DNA of 55,680 bases from a virus (lineage: Duplodnaviria > Caudoviricetes): positions 1-55,680 of IMG/VR virus record IMGVR_UViG_3300006483_000020. One strand, 5' to 3'. A model generated the notes under the pieces. The model saw nothing but the letters and a program-made list of their open reading frames with translations, was not told the DNA's origin and made no database searches. A program made the translations under genes and the position numbers. This document shows positions 7,747-17,369 of the stretch, piece after piece. Within the stretch, counting starts at the first letter, position 1, and the number at the start of each line of letters is the position of its first letter.

Positions 7747-8616
7747 ATGGATGGATGGATAATGCTCCACAGGAAATTAACTGAACATTGGATTTGGAGG
7801 GATGCAGAGAAATTAAAATGGTGGATTGATGTGTTGCTCACTGTAAACCACAACGACAGTACCGTTAATTTGGGGATGCAGCTATACGAGTGCAAGAGAG
7901 GACAATCCATCATGAGTTTGAGCAATTGGGCCAAGCGATGGGGAGTGTCAAAAGATCGTGCGAGGAACTTTTTCACCTTGCTCGCAAAAGACGGCATGAT
8001 TTCACACGAAAACATCGGAAAATCCACACGGATAACTGTATGTAATTATGAGAGTTACCAAGCACCTTTACACGATGGCTCACCTTCAACTCACTTTCAA
8101 CTCACCTCAAACTCACCTCAAACTCACCCAAACAATAAGAATAATAAGAATAATAATACTAAAGATACTAAAGTATCTACGTCAAATGAGCAAGCTCATT
8201 CAACACAGAATGACGGTATAGATTATAAAAATCTTATTGACTATTTCAATCAAAAGACTAACGGTGTTTTCCGTGAGGCGAGATATCCGATATCAGAAAA
8301 AAGAAAGGCCATGATAAGGGCAAGAATCCGGGAGCATGGAAAGGAAGCGTTTGCTGAAATGATCCATAAAGCTGTTAACAGTAATTTTTTGAAGGGAGAC
8401 AATAAGTCCGGCTTCGTTGCCAATTTTGACTGGATGATCCGACCAAACAATTTTCAAAAGATTATCGAGGGCAACTACAGCAACAACCAAACACATAATG
8501 ATAGCCTATTAACCTATGATCAGGTTACTATTATGGTTCACAAGGGAGAATTGACATTCGACCAAGTGGTGAAGGTACAGACAGAGGGTGGAAAAGTTTA
8601 CTGGAAAAGAAAATAA
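7747..8616 (+). CDS. Phage replication initiator / replisome organizer
   Basis: N-terminal GWIMLHRKL...RGQ...TRITVCNYESYQ; C-terminal ANFDWMIRPNNFQKIIEGNY; internal iterons. Confidence 0.85.
   Translation: MDGWIMLHRKLTEHWIWRDAEKLKWWIDVLLTVNHNDSTVNLGMQLYECKRGQSIMSLSNWAKRWGVSKDRARNFFTLLAKDGMISHENIGKSTRITVCNYESYQAPLHDGSPSTHFQLTSNSPQTHPNNKNNKNNNTKDTKVSTSNEQAHSTQNDGIDYKNLIDYFNQKTNGVFREARYPISEKRKAMIRARIREHGKEAFAEMIHKAVNSNFLKGDNKSGFVANFDWMIRPNNFQKIIEGNYSNNQTHNDSLLTYDQVTIMVHKGELTFDQVVKVQTEGGKVYWKRK
8079..8180 (+). repeat. Replication origin: five tandem 11-bp iterons plus an AT-rich tract
   Basis: CTCACCTTCAA, CTCACTTTCAA, CTCACCTCAAA, CTCACCTCAAA and CTCACCCAAAC (8079-8133), then AATAAGAATAATAAGAATAATAAT. 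Lambda O-like intragenic ori layout. Confidence 0.8.
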
Positions 8617-8658
8617 TTAGTACTAACCGTCGAAAGACAAATTAAACATTTCAAATTT

Positions 8659-9090
8659 ATGCAAAGAGAATTAGGTAAAGACATTCAAAGCAGAGAAGCA
8701 AGAATTGCTTTTCTCAGGGACAACTGTGATTCAGTAGAAAAAAAGAATTACATGAAACGGTTTACTCCGGATCAGTTACTGCTTATGAAAGAAAGGCTTT
8801 CGGAAACAGCTATCGACATTAACGACATTGAAAACGAGAAAAAAGAGGTGATGGCTGAATTTAAATCCAGGCTTGAACCACTTGTACAGGACAAAAAGAA
8901 TCTGTTGTCCGGCTTAAAAAACAAGGCAGATCTTGTTTCGGAAAGCTGCTACAAGTTTATTGACATCGAAACACGTGAAGTTGGATTTTACAACGAGGAT
9001 GGGGACCTGATAGAAAGCAGACCCGCATATGCTGATGAACTTCAGACTAACATCTTCCAGATCGGGAGAACAGGAACTGATAACATTTAA
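8659..9090 (+). CDS. Hypothetical coiled-coil protein
   Basis: 143-aa ORF with a good A-rich leader. Confidence 0.75.
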   Translation: MQRELGKDIQSREARIAFLRDNCDSVEKKNYMKRFTPDQLLLMKERLSETAIDINDIENEKKEVMAEFKSRLEPLVQDKKNLLSGLKNKADLVSESCYKFIDIETREVGFYNEDGDLIESRPAYADELQTNIFQIGRTGTDNI

Positions 9091-9094
9091 CGCC

Positions 9095-9253
9095 ATGTTT
9101 GATTCAACTAAATATCACGACAACGAAAAAGAGAGAGAGTGTGATACTTTTTCTCTCCACAACTCAACAAACCTTTCTAAAAAGAAAAGAAAAACGAGAA
9201 AGAACAGACGAAGAACAGCTTCGAAAATTAGAGTAGTAAACAGATACAAGTAA
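9095..9253 (+). CDS. Small basic hypothetical protein
   Basis: Fills the gap between two genes; K/R-rich C-terminus. Confidence 0.4.
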   Translation: MFDSTKYHDNEKERECDTFSLHNSTNLSKKKRKTRKNRRRTASKIRVVNRYK

Positions 9254-9269
9254 TTTTAAAAAAAACATT

Positions 9270-10013
9270 ATGGACAAAGAAAAATTTCAATTAAATTTTG
9301 CACCTGGGGTAGAAAGGGTCGAGGCTATCATTAGGGAAGTCAACGAAGTGAACGAACTACCAGTAAAAAGGCCAGTAATATTGGCTATACAGGGCACGAT
9401 AGGAGCTCCGCATGAATTCCTTGCAAGGAGGATTGACCAGTCAGATCAGATCAATCAGAAACGTTGTCATATCCTCATTGATCGTGAGAAGATCACCATC
9501 GCACTTGTGTACAACGAAAATGATGAGTACAATCGAGGAACCATAACCGGATCCTTACAGGTACACCCGAAATTCAAGGAGTTTGGAATCAATACCGGGA
9601 AAGTGTGGGCACCAACCGAGTTGGGAATGTTCTTTAAAATGAATCGTGCTTTCTTCACTACAAAGGAAGAAAACATGAAGTTGGTTCATGAGTTGATGAA
9701 TTTCACCGCTACTGTAAACAACAATCTGCAAAAAGCGGCAAATGAAAAAGGCGACAGGACTGACTATTTTAATCAGGTTGTAAATTCAAACCTTCCGAAA
9801 TCTTTCAATCTTGTGATTCCTATTTTCAAAGGATCGAAACCGGAAACAATTGAGGTGGAGACCTTTGCTCAAATCGATGGGCGAGATGTTGCATTTATGC
9901 TTATCTCTCCGGGGGCACAGGCAGTCATGGAGGAATTGAGGGATGCGGTAATTGACAAAGAAATCGATTTCATCAGGCAGCTATGTCCTGATATTGCAAT
10001 AATTGAACAGTAA
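9270..10013 (+). CDS. Hypothetical protein (possibly DUF2303/YfdQ-like)
   Basis: 247-aa ORF; the LPKSFNLVIPIFKG motif is reminiscent of that family. Family call tentative. Confidence 0.6.
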   Translation: MDKEKFQLNFAPGVERVEAIIREVNEVNELPVKRPVILAIQGTIGAPHEFLARRIDQSDQINQKRCHILIDREKITIALVYNENDEYNRGTITGSLQVHPKFKEFGINTGKVWAPTELGMFFKMNRAFFTTKEENMKLVHELMNFTATVNNNLQKAANEKGDRTDYFNQVVNSNLPKSFNLVIPIFKGSKPETIEVETFAQIDGRDVAFMLISPGAQAVMEELRDAVIDKEIDFIRQLCPDIAIIEQ

Positions 10014-10059
10014 TCCAACACAGGGAGGGGATATTCTCCTCCCATTATTAAAAATATAC

Positions 10060-10695
10060 ATGATAGACAAATTTATAGAACAGGTTTGCAGCGAGTTTAA
10101 TATCAGCCGGGAAACGTTAATTAGCGACAAGCGAAACAGGGATATCGTGGATCTTCGCTTCGTCTGCTTTTATGTTATCAGCATCAACAATCCCGGTATA
10201 ACAAGACGTGTGGTTGGAAGATATTTCAACAAAAATCATTCAACGGTGTATCATGGAATTCAGGAAATAGGCAATCTGAAAAACAGCGTTCCTTATTTCA
10301 AGGACCTTGTTGAGAAGGTGGATCGGATCTACAAGACACTTCTCATTCTTAGGAAAAAGAATTCTGAAGAATACAAAAAGCTGTTTGAGAGAAATATTGA
10401 AGGTAAGCGGGCCTATGTTGCCGGCAAAATAACCGGATTGGATTACGACAAGGCCGTTGAGATCTTTAATGAAGCTGAAAAAGAATTGTCCGAAAAAGGA
10501 TATGAGGTGATAAACCCGGTTAAGATTAGTCCTTTCTCGGAAAATAAGGAATGGCACGATTACATGTTTGAGTGCATCCCTGCGCTTATGACCTGTGAAG
10601 CTATTTACTTACTATCAAATTGGGGGCAAAGCCGGGGAGCCAGGATCGAGTACGCAATTGCCAGGGAAATGGGGATGGATATTTTTTTTCAATAG
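10060..10695 (+). CDS. DnaA C-terminal-like HTH fused to a DUF4406 (nucleoside deoxyribosyltransferase-like) domain
   Basis: IEQVCSEFNIS...VGRYFNKNHSTVYHG, then AYVAGKITG...VINP...CEAIYLLSNWGQSRGARIEYAIA. Confidence 0.8.
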   Translation: MIDKFIEQVCSEFNISRETLISDKRNRDIVDLRFVCFYVISINNPGITRRVVGRYFNKNHSTVYHGIQEIGNLKNSVPYFKDLVEKVDRIYKTLLILRKKNSEEYKKLFERNIEGKRAYVAGKITGLDYDKAVEIFNEAEKELSEKGYEVINPVKISPFSENKEWHDYMFECIPALMTCEAIYLLSNWGQSRGARIEYAIAREMGMDIFFQ

Positions 10696-10704
10696 TAAGA
10701 AACT

Positions 10705-10968
10705 ATGATACAAAACATTGGAGGGATCCTCTTTGCAACTTCTGATCGTGAGAGTGACAAATATATCGAAGTTCTTAGGGCTGAACATAATCTTGACAAG
10801 TACATACTTAAGATTGATAGAACATTACGCCCGCCAGAGTACAGATTATTTCTTGAACATGAAGAGCGTCAAGCTGATTCTTCATGGAGAACACTGAGAC
10901 ATAGATTATTTGAAACTTCTAAAATGTGGAAACTCGATAATTTTATCAAAACACATATTTCATTATGA
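10705..10968 (+). CDS. Hypothetical protein
   Basis: 87-aa ORF, coupled to its neighbours. Confidence 0.6.
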   Translation: MIQNIGGILFATSDRESDKYIEVLRAEHNLDKYILKIDRTLRPPEYRLFLEHEERQADSSWRTLRHRLFETSKMWKLDNFIKTHISL

Positions 10969-11501
10969 AACACAAAGTATTAAGCGTAAAACAACCTTGG
11001 GCATACCTATTGTGCGCAAGGGTGAAAGATATCGAAAACAGGACGTGGAAACTTCCTGAAAAATACAAGGGTGAGAGGATATTGATTCATGCGAGTGCAG
11101 CTAAAATGAAAAGTCTTCAAAAGATGTTGACTCTCGAACAGAAGGCAATAGTAGATAAAAAGCTCGGCTACGAGTATGATTGGGATAAAGTGTTTGCTAA
11201 ATCTGCTATCATAGGCTCCGTCCGCTTCGTGGACTGTGTAATTAACCATCCGAGTATTTGGGCAGAGAAAGAAGTGTTAGAAGATTGGACATCAAAAGAT
11301 ATACCCGGCAAATATAGCAAATCAGTCTATAACTGGGTCGTCGCTGACCCGATCTTGTTCGACAAACCTATTCTGAACGTGAAGGGTAAACTGGGCTTTT
11401 GGGATTACGATTTGCCGGAAGAGTACGAAACAGAATTAACAAAGCATTGGGATTATGACACGGGAAGAATTTCTAAAACTAGGTCTATTCAAACTGGATA
11501 A
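10965..11501 (+). CDS. ASCH domain protein
   Basis: VLSVKQPWAYLL...KDIENRTW...ILIHAS...AIIGSV...KGKLGFWDY. Confidence 0.9.
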   Translation: MKHKVLSVKQPWAYLLCARVKDIENRTWKLPEKYKGERILIHASAAKMKSLQKMLTLEQKAIVDKKLGYEYDWDKVFAKSAIIGSVRFVDCVINHPSIWAEKEVLEDWTSKDIPGKYSKSVYNWVVADPILFDKPILNVKGKLGFWDYDLPEEYETELTKHWDYDTGRISKTRSIQTG

Positions 11502-11817
11502 AGATGGCTTTATAATAGAAATGAACGAAGATGGGTTTGATTATCTAAATATGGTTAGGCATCCTGATAGGTTAAAGCACGCCTTTTGGAGCAATGAACC
11601 AAAAATAAATGGATTCTATCATCCCGACCATTTTTATATCAGATTTGCAGCAGGATTTAGCGGGTGGATGAATATTAGGGCTAATCCAAAAATAGATAAT
11701 GGGTGGTGGTACCAAGACGATAAATACTATACTTTCTACGATGAAAGCAAATATTCAAAACATATGACTTTCGGGGAATTGCTTGAGTTGATGAAAGAAT
11801 GTAATTGTAAAATTTGA
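11455..11817 (+). CDS. Hypothetical protein
   Basis: 120-aa ORF in the operon. Confidence 0.6.
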   Translation: MTREEFLKLGLFKLDKDGFIIEMNEDGFDYLNMVRHPDRLKHAFWSNEPKINGFYHPDHFYIRFAAGFSGWMNIRANPKIDNGWWYQDDKYYTFYDESKYSKHMTFGELLELMKECNCKI

Positions 11818-11827
11818 ACAGATAATC

Positions 11828-12130
11828 ATGACACAGAAAGAATACAAAGAAGCGGTTCGGAAAAAAGCAAAAAAGCTTGTAGGTGAATACTACAACTATG
11901 TATCTGGATGGACTTCAACTAACAAACCAGACGAAAAACCGAACGCACAATATGAGGGTGAGGAAAGGAAAATTGGTCGTGCTATACAATGCGCAAAAAT
12001 AGTCGCTCAGCAGATATTGGATTTAGATGTGGTGTGGTACAGAAAAAGGGCAATTGGAAAACCAGACTTTATCAGAGCCGAAATGACACGTGAGTTTTGG
12101 GAGGATGTTATGAAAGAATTGAATAAGTAA
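11828..12130 (+). CDS. Hypothetical protein
   Basis: 100-aa ORF in the operon. Confidence 0.6.
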   Translation: MTQKEYKEAVRKKAKKLVGEYYNYVSGWTSTNKPDEKPNAQYEGEERKIGRAIQCAKIVAQQILDLDVVWYRKRAIGKPDFIRAEMTREFWEDVMKELNK

Positions 12131-12187
12131 AGACATGAAGGGAAAAAGGGTTTATTTAAACAGGAAAGAAATTGAGGAGGATAGTTT

Positions 12188-12433
12188 ATGATGCTAAATA
12201 AAGACACTGCCCGCTGCGACAACGAGCGGTGCGAAAGGAAACTGAAATGTAAGAGGTATCTGGACTGTCTGCCTTGGGAAACGTACAGCTATAGTGATTT
12301 TAACGAGGTGGATTGCAAGGATTTTATTGAAAACGAACTAAAATACAAACAAAAACAAGCCCTGATTGACACGATGCGGGGTGATGAACAAATCGGGTTA
12401 TATGACGATAACCCAAAAAAATCACGGATATGA
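12188..12433 (+). CDS. Small Cys-rich hypothetical protein
   Basis: DTARCDNERCERKLKCKRY...C pattern. Confidence 0.6.
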   Translation: MMLNKDTARCDNERCERKLKCKRYLDCLPWETYSYSDFNEVDCKDFIENELKYKQKQALIDTMRGDEQIGLYDDNPKKSRI

Positions 12434-12473
12434 GCGATAACATAGTATTTACGAATGTTTTTTAAGGAAAATA

Positions 12474-12761
12474 ATGATAGACACTATTTGCAGGATATTC
12501 GGTGAAAATATCTTTGAAGGACGTAAAACAAAAGAGAGGGCCGACAAGAGGTTGGCAGCCTACACATTCCTTCGGAAAAAAAAGGAATTGAAGTATGAGG
12601 AAATAGGGCGCATGGTTGGCCGGGACCACACTACTATAATTTCAGGGGTTGACAGGTTTGAAGGATTGTTGAAAAATGGAGATAGGGGAGCCATGAGTGC
12701 GTGGAATAAACTTATGTCAGGTTATAATGACCGACAGGATCCACCAGGGGAACATAAATGA
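12474..12761 (+). CDS. Second DnaA C-terminal-like HTH protein
   Basis: YEEIGRMVGRDHTTIISG matches the DnaA domain IV signature. Confidence 0.75.
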   Translation: MIDTICRIFGENIFEGRKTKERADKRLAAYTFLRKKKELKYEEIGRMVGRDHTTIISGVDRFEGLLKNGDRGAMSAWNKLMSGYNDRQDPPGEHK

Positions 12762-12823
12762 GCGATTGCCCGGCTGCCGGGCATGGTATAGGGAAAAACA
12801 AAAGAAGCGCTTAAAACGAGAAT

Positions 12824-13060
12824 ATGACGTTTGAGGTAAGAAGAATTGTTGACGGTGTTGTATTCCATCGAGACGAGGATCGGATCATTGCCGACAGTTG
12901 GTACCAGGCAGAATTGATGCTGCTATCCGGTATAGAATCCGGAAAGTATGACAGTAGTTGCGTTATCTATGGAGAAATTATACAGGTGATAAAAATAGAT
13001 CCAAATGAGTTTTTAGGGATGTTGTATAATCTGCATAAGCAGGATTTTTGGAAGAATTGA
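12824..13060 (+). CDS. Hypothetical protein
   Basis: 78-aa ORF ending directly at a terminator. Confidence 0.6.
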   Translation: MTFEVRRIVDGVVFHRDEDRIIADSWYQAELMLLSGIESGKYDSSCVIYGEIIQVIKIDPNEFLGMLYNLHKQDFWKN

Positions 13061-13084
13061 GCCGGGGAGATCCCGGCTTTTTTT
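13060..13084 (+). terminator. Intrinsic terminator
   Basis: AGCCGGG-GAGAT-CCCGGCT followed by a T run. Confidence 0.85.
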
Positions 13085-13145
13085 GTTTATATCTATTCGC
13101 GTGTTATTGATATTATCTATATGCTTACAATTATCTTCCTTTTTC

Positions 13146-13177
13146 CTTGCATGTTTGATTTTATCCCTTTACATTTG
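13146..13177 (+). promoter_or_regulatory. Bacteroidota housekeeping-sigma promoter
   Basis: -7 box TACATTTG (13170-13177) with CTTG 20 nt upstream. Confidence 0.7.
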
Positions 13178-13226
13178 CGAACACTTAATTAATAACCGCC
13201 CATGCAAGGGTACAAAACAAAGAGAT

Positions 13227-13565
13227 ATGGAAGCAACAAGTAATCAGAAGTACGCAAACAAGATGTTGCACACTGACATTATCCCTTTCGAGGTGATAAG
13301 GCATAGAAAAGACAATTTGATCGAAGTAAGAGAGATGGATGCAGAGATCACGGAAGAATCAAAAAAGGATCTCGCTGCCTCATTCCGGCCTGGTGGATTT
13401 TTAGGACGCACCAACAACTCCCTGCAAAAGTGGAGCTACTCATCTAACGCTGAGAACCCAATCATCACCATCAGAAAACACAAAGACGGCCGCTGGTACG
13501 ACAAGTACGGCAACAGATATGTGCTGAGAAATGCACCCGAAAAGTTTTATGACTACAATTTTTAA
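13227..13565 (+). CDS. Hypothetical protein (112 aa)
   Basis: Start moved to MEATSNQK downstream of the promoter. Confidence 0.7.
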   Translation: MEATSNQKYANKMLHTDIIPFEVIRHRKDNLIEVREMDAEITEESKKDLAASFRPGGFLGRTNNSLQKWSYSSNAENPIITIRKHKDGRWYDKYGNRYVLRNAPEKFYDYNF

Positions 13566-13607
13566 TAAACCCGCTCCGGCTTCGGCCGGGACTAACACAG
13601 CAGAATT

Positions 13608-13805
13608 ATGGAAACTTACAAAATTTTCGTGAACACAGCAGGAAGATTTCAACCAGCCGAATATCTTCAAATCGGAGAGGTGGAAGCTAATTCTAAAAAA
13701 GAAGCTAAACAGAAAGCAGAAGAAGCTCGCAAAATGGGCGAAAGTGTAGATGGTGTAAATTTTTACTATAACATGGATAACGAAGGAAGATCATTCAAAA
13801 TTTAA
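13608..13805 (+). CDS. Hypothetical protein
   Basis: 65 aa with the EVEANSKKEAKQKA motif common in small phage proteins. Confidence 0.65.
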   Translation: METYKIFVNTAGRFQPAEYLQIGEVEANSKKEAKQKAEEARKMGESVDGVNFYYNMDNEGRSFKI

Positions 13806-13830
13806 ACGCAAACAATTAAAAAATAAAGCT

Positions 13831-14097
13831 ATGGACTACAAACAAATTTTATCAAGCAAGAAATACACCATTTCTAATATCGACGAGGCAATAAGCGAAT
13901 TAAGGAACGATATTAAAAGAGACATTGAAATATCGCTAAGTGATGCACGAACAGCTGAGAGGACAGGACATAATCTGATAGTCTTATCTGCGATGATGGA
14001 TGCACGGCTAATAATGAAAACGGTCGATTATACCGTTTACGAAAATGAGGGAAAGCCGACAGATTGGGTTTCCTGGAAAGAAGAAAATTCAATTTAA
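13831..14097 (+). CDS. Hypothetical protein
   Basis: 88 aa; A-rich leader. Confidence 0.65.
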   Translation: MDYKQILSSKKYTISNIDEAISELRNDIKRDIEISLSDARTAERTGHNLIVLSAMMDARLIMKTVDYTVYENEGKPTDWVSWKEENSI

Positions 14098-14167
14098 CAA
14101 TCACGGCTCACCGGAGCTGGACATGATCGGTGGGCTGACAAATTATTCACTTTTAAAAATTATGATT

Positions 14168-14425
14168 ATGAAAACAAAAATGTACAGATTCGACGCATTT
14201 TACAAAAATGAAGAAAAGAACAACCACATGCTTGATGCTAACGGGGAGATTGCAGCTACCGAAGTACGGTTCGACATTATAGCCGAATCGGAAGATAGGG
14301 CGTTAGAGCTCATCGAACAGGAAGGCGAAGATCCGGACGATTTTCGTCTTGAAAGGACGATCGGTGCAAAAGATCAGATGGGAAGATACTTTCCCGAGAG
14401 GATAAGAGACGCAAGGATATCTTAA
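14168..14425 (+). CDS. Acidic hypothetical protein
   Basis: Start moved to MKTKMYRF; 85 aa. Confidence 0.6.
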   Translation: MKTKMYRFDAFYKNEEKNNHMLDANGEIAATEVRFDIIAESEDRALELIEQEGEDPDDFRLERTIGAKDQMGRYFPERIRDARIS

Positions 14426-14435
14426 TTCATGAGTT

Positions 14436-14924
14436 ATGGAAACAGAAAAAAACGATAAATCAGTAAACACCAGGATCCCCACTTCAACGTGGAAATGGTT
14501 GATCAGTTACGGCAAAGCCGGCAGCACAATTAAAATGATCCTACGGGAAGTGGAGGAAGCAGATAAGGCAGGAATTCCCCCTCATAAGATCGCTGAAAGC
14601 TTACAAGAGCTTCAGATGATCCGAAGGCGTTCACAGGCTGAACTGAAAGGGGTGTTCACTCCTGAAGAGTGGTCCTTGATGGCCGACAGCCTGAACGGAA
14701 CAATGACAACTCCAGAATTCAGGTGCATTCCAGGAGCTTTAACTGCAAGCGTGGAAGATTCGGACCTATATGATGGCCTTGGCGCAAAATGGGAAGTGGA
14801 TACAAAGAAACTTATCTATAAGATTGAAGATTTAACCGCAGCCCAGGTGGATGCCGTTTTCACACGAATTGAAGCTTTCTGGAATGACGAGCACAGGGAT
14901 CTGGAACAATGGTCGAAATGGTAG
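14436..14924 (+). CDS. Hypothetical protein, possible ribbon-helix-helix N-terminus
   Basis: SVNTRIPTSTWKWL beta-helix pattern; last gene before the terminator. Confidence 0.6.
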   Translation: METEKNDKSVNTRIPTSTWKWLISYGKAGSTIKMILREVEEADKAGIPPHKIAESLQELQMIRRRSQAELKGVFTPEEWSLMADSLNGTMTTPEFRCIPGALTASVEDSDLYDGLGAKWEVDTKKLIYKIEDLTAAQVDAVFTRIEAFWNDEHRDLEQWSKW

Positions 14925-14944
14925 AGAAGAAAGATTTTAGGTTT

Positions 14945-14971
14945 AAGCCGGGAGTTGCCCCGGCTTTTTTT
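14945..14971 (+). terminator. Intrinsic terminator between convergent genes
   Basis: AAGCCGGG-AGTTGC-CCCGGCTT plus a T run. Confidence 0.85.
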
Positions 14972-14974
14972 ATG

Positions 14975-15328
14975 TCAAATATCATCATCTTCATCCTTGG
15001 CCTGGCCGGACAGCTTGGCCCATATAGCACTCTTGATATCCTTGTCTTTCTGTTCATCGTCATTCAGGGGACGAGGAACAAATAATTTAACAAGCTCTAT
15101 CTTCAGCTTTGCACGCTTGTCCATATCTTCTACTGCGTTGATGTCGTCGAATATTCCTTTGACGTAGCCAGGCTCGCAAACCTTTTCAGCGATAGCTTTC
15201 TTCACATCGTAGCTGACCTTATTCTTTGATCCCTTAGTTCGTCCGTAAGGGTTATTAGTGTGTCCTTTAGGAGGCCCGGGTTTTTTCCTCTCAACAACTT
15301 CCTTCTCTATGTTTTTTTTAACTGCCAT
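14975..15328 (-). CDS. Putative terminase small subunit
   Basis: GPPKGHTNNPYGRTKGSKNK motif typical of TerS-like N-termini; minus-strand TATATTTG promoter at 15354-15361. Confidence 0.55.
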   Translation of the reverse strand: MAVKKNIEKEVVERKKPGPPKGHTNNPYGRTKGSKNKVSYDVKKAIAEKVCEPGYVKGIFDDINAVEDMDKRAKLKIELVKLFVPRPLNDDEQKDKDIKSAIWAKLSGQAKDEDDDI

Positions 15329-15379
15329 AGCATTTGATAATTACAGATTTCTGCAAATATACATCCTATAATTTAATAT

Positions 15380-15416
15380 TAACAAACATAGTATTAAAAT
15401 CTATTCCGTTTATTTG
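15380..15416 (+). promoter_or_regulatory. Putative late promoter TAACAMAC-N24-ATTTG, copy 1
   Basis: Same motif and spacing at 35019, 38697 and 49144. Confidence 0.7.
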
Positions 15417-15440
15417 TCGATAATATAAAATGCAGACAAT

Positions 15441-16058
15441 ATGGATCCGATTACAATAGGTTTAGCAGCAGGGGGATTAGCATCATCCCTGTTTGGTGCT
15501 TTTAATGCCGGCCAGGAGCGCAGAAAGATGAAAAGCGAGATCGGCAAGATGGAAGCCGACAACAAGGCCTTGTACAATACCCAGGCATTAAGCGATTACA
15601 CGCAGCGTACAGATTCACAGAACGTTCTCCGGCAAATGCGTAACCAACTGGACAGGCAGACGAAGCGCACAGCTAATACGGCAGCCATCACAGGAGGAAC
15701 AGTAGAACAGACAGCAGTTGCGAAGGATTCCGCGAACAAGGCCCTTGCGGATGCGACAGCCAACATCGGAGCCATAGGCGCACAGTTTAAGGACAGGGTG
15801 ACGGACAGGTATGTCAATCGTAAAAACCATTTGTCCTATATGAAAATGAACATGATGGGTGATGCAGCCAAAGGATGGGAAAACTTCACGCAGTCAGGCT
15901 TAAATGTGGCATCAGGAGCGTTATCGTCAATGATTCCTTCTGTGCCAAATCAAACACCTGGGAACATTGGCAACGTCTCCACCCAGGCAACAGCTTCACC
16001 TGTTAAGAGTGTTGGCGGGATCATTCCGAAGTACAAGAAACCAAATCTTAACAAGTAA
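15441..16058 (+). CDS. Putative ejection/internal virion protein
   Basis: MDPITIGLAAGGLASSLFG N-terminus; Ala/Gly/Gln-rich helical; first of three genes of increasing size, as in podovirus ejection modules. Confidence 0.65.
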   Translation: MDPITIGLAAGGLASSLFGAFNAGQERRKMKSEIGKMEADNKALYNTQALSDYTQRTDSQNVLRQMRNQLDRQTKRTANTAAITGGTVEQTAVAKDSANKALADATANIGAIGAQFKDRVTDRYVNRKNHLSYMKMNMMGDAAKGWENFTQSGLNVASGALSSMIPSVPNQTPGNIGNVSTQATASPVKSVGGIIPKYKKPNLNK

Positions 16059-16061
16059 GCC

Positions 16062-17360
16062 ATGTCCATTTCAGTTAACTACATACTTCAAGAAGAAAAG
16101 CGCAAGAAACAGCAAGCGCAGACGGCCCCGGTACAAACTCCTGAGCAAGCCATCCCACAGCAGGGTGGTGTTGTGCCGAAGGAAGCAGTCGACAAAATGA
16201 CATCTTCCTACCTGAATTCATTCAATAACAGACAACAGGGTGCACCATCACAGGAACCGCAGTTTGATTACAGCAACAAACCGGAGAATTGGTCCGATGA
16301 TGAATACAGGGCTATCCGGCAGCTTTATTCGGATGATCAGATCCGGCAGTCATTATCACAACCCGATCCCAATACCTTCCTTGATGGTATATTCACCAAT
16401 ATAGTGAAAGAAAACCTTCCTAAGCCGGTAGAATATGACGAGAAGGCAATGAAAAGGCAAAGGGCTATTGCAGGTATAGGTGATGTGCTCGGATTGCTCT
16501 CACAGGCAATAGGAGGATCACAGGGGGCTATCAACCGCACACGTTCATTCGATGAAACGGCTTCCGGCCAGTTAAGCAAGAATCAACAGGCTGTTTACGA
16601 CAGGTACATGAAGGAAACGGATCAGTACAGCCGGGAAATCATCAATGCGAACATGAAGGATTACCTTACAGGGATGCAGGACTGGAAGCAGACACAGGCG
16701 AATATCTCAAAATCCCTGTCCGATTACAGGAAGTATCAGCTTGACCTCGCAAAACAGAACCAGGATGCAGCGTACAAGGCTTTCAACGCAAGAAATACGG
16801 AGAGAAGGACCACTGCGTATGAAAAAAACATGGAAGCGCAGATCGAGGACAGGAAAAGGCGCACAGGTATTGCAGCACAGAACGCAGCTAACTCAATGGC
16901 CAGGACTAACGCATATATCGAAAAACTGAAGAATCCGACAGCATCCGGGAAGGCAGATTATCAACTTGTCATTCCGGCAATGGAAGGAGATCGGGAAGCA
17001 ACTGCCGATAAATTCGGAAATCGTGTAAGAGTTTTCGGAATGAGCACCGGAGAAATGGACCAGTATTCAAGACAGGCACTCGCAGATAAGGAGTTCATGA
17101 AGAATAATCCACAGTTCAGATTAGCATTCGGACAAAAATATACAACAGATGATCGAAGAAACATTGCAGCAGCTTATTTGCAGGAATTGTACGGACAGAA
17201 GTTTTCAGGTCCGCAGCTTGATGCCAGGATTGGTGCAGAGAATCAGTTTTCAGGAACAGTACCGCAAATTGATTTGTCGGAACAGGAAGAAATTGAAGCT
17301 CCATACAATACTGAAATTGATGCGGAAGAATTAGATCAGATGTTTCAAATAGTTTATTAA
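16062..17360 (+). CDS. Putative ejection/internal virion protein
   Basis: 432 aa, Q/A-rich coiled coil with the Gly-rich segment AIAGIGDVLGLLSQAIGG. Confidence 0.6.
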   Translation: MSISVNYILQEEKRKKQQAQTAPVQTPEQAIPQQGGVVPKEAVDKMTSSYLNSFNNRQQGAPSQEPQFDYSNKPENWSDDEYRAIRQLYSDDQIRQSLSQPDPNTFLDGIFTNIVKENLPKPVEYDEKAMKRQRAIAGIGDVLGLLSQAIGGSQGAINRTRSFDETASGQLSKNQQAVYDRYMKETDQYSREIINANMKDYLTGMQDWKQTQANISKSLSDYRKYQLDLAKQNQDAAYKAFNARNTERRTTAYEKNMEAQIEDRKRRTGIAAQNAANSMARTNAYIEKLKNPTASGKADYQLVIPAMEGDREATADKFGNRVRVFGMSTGEMDQYSRQALADKEFMKNNPQFRLAFGQKYTTDDRRNIAAAYLQELYGQKFSGPQLDARIGAENQFSGTVPQIDLSEQEEIEAPYNTEIDAEELDQMFQIVY

Positions 17361-17369
17361 CAACAAGTT

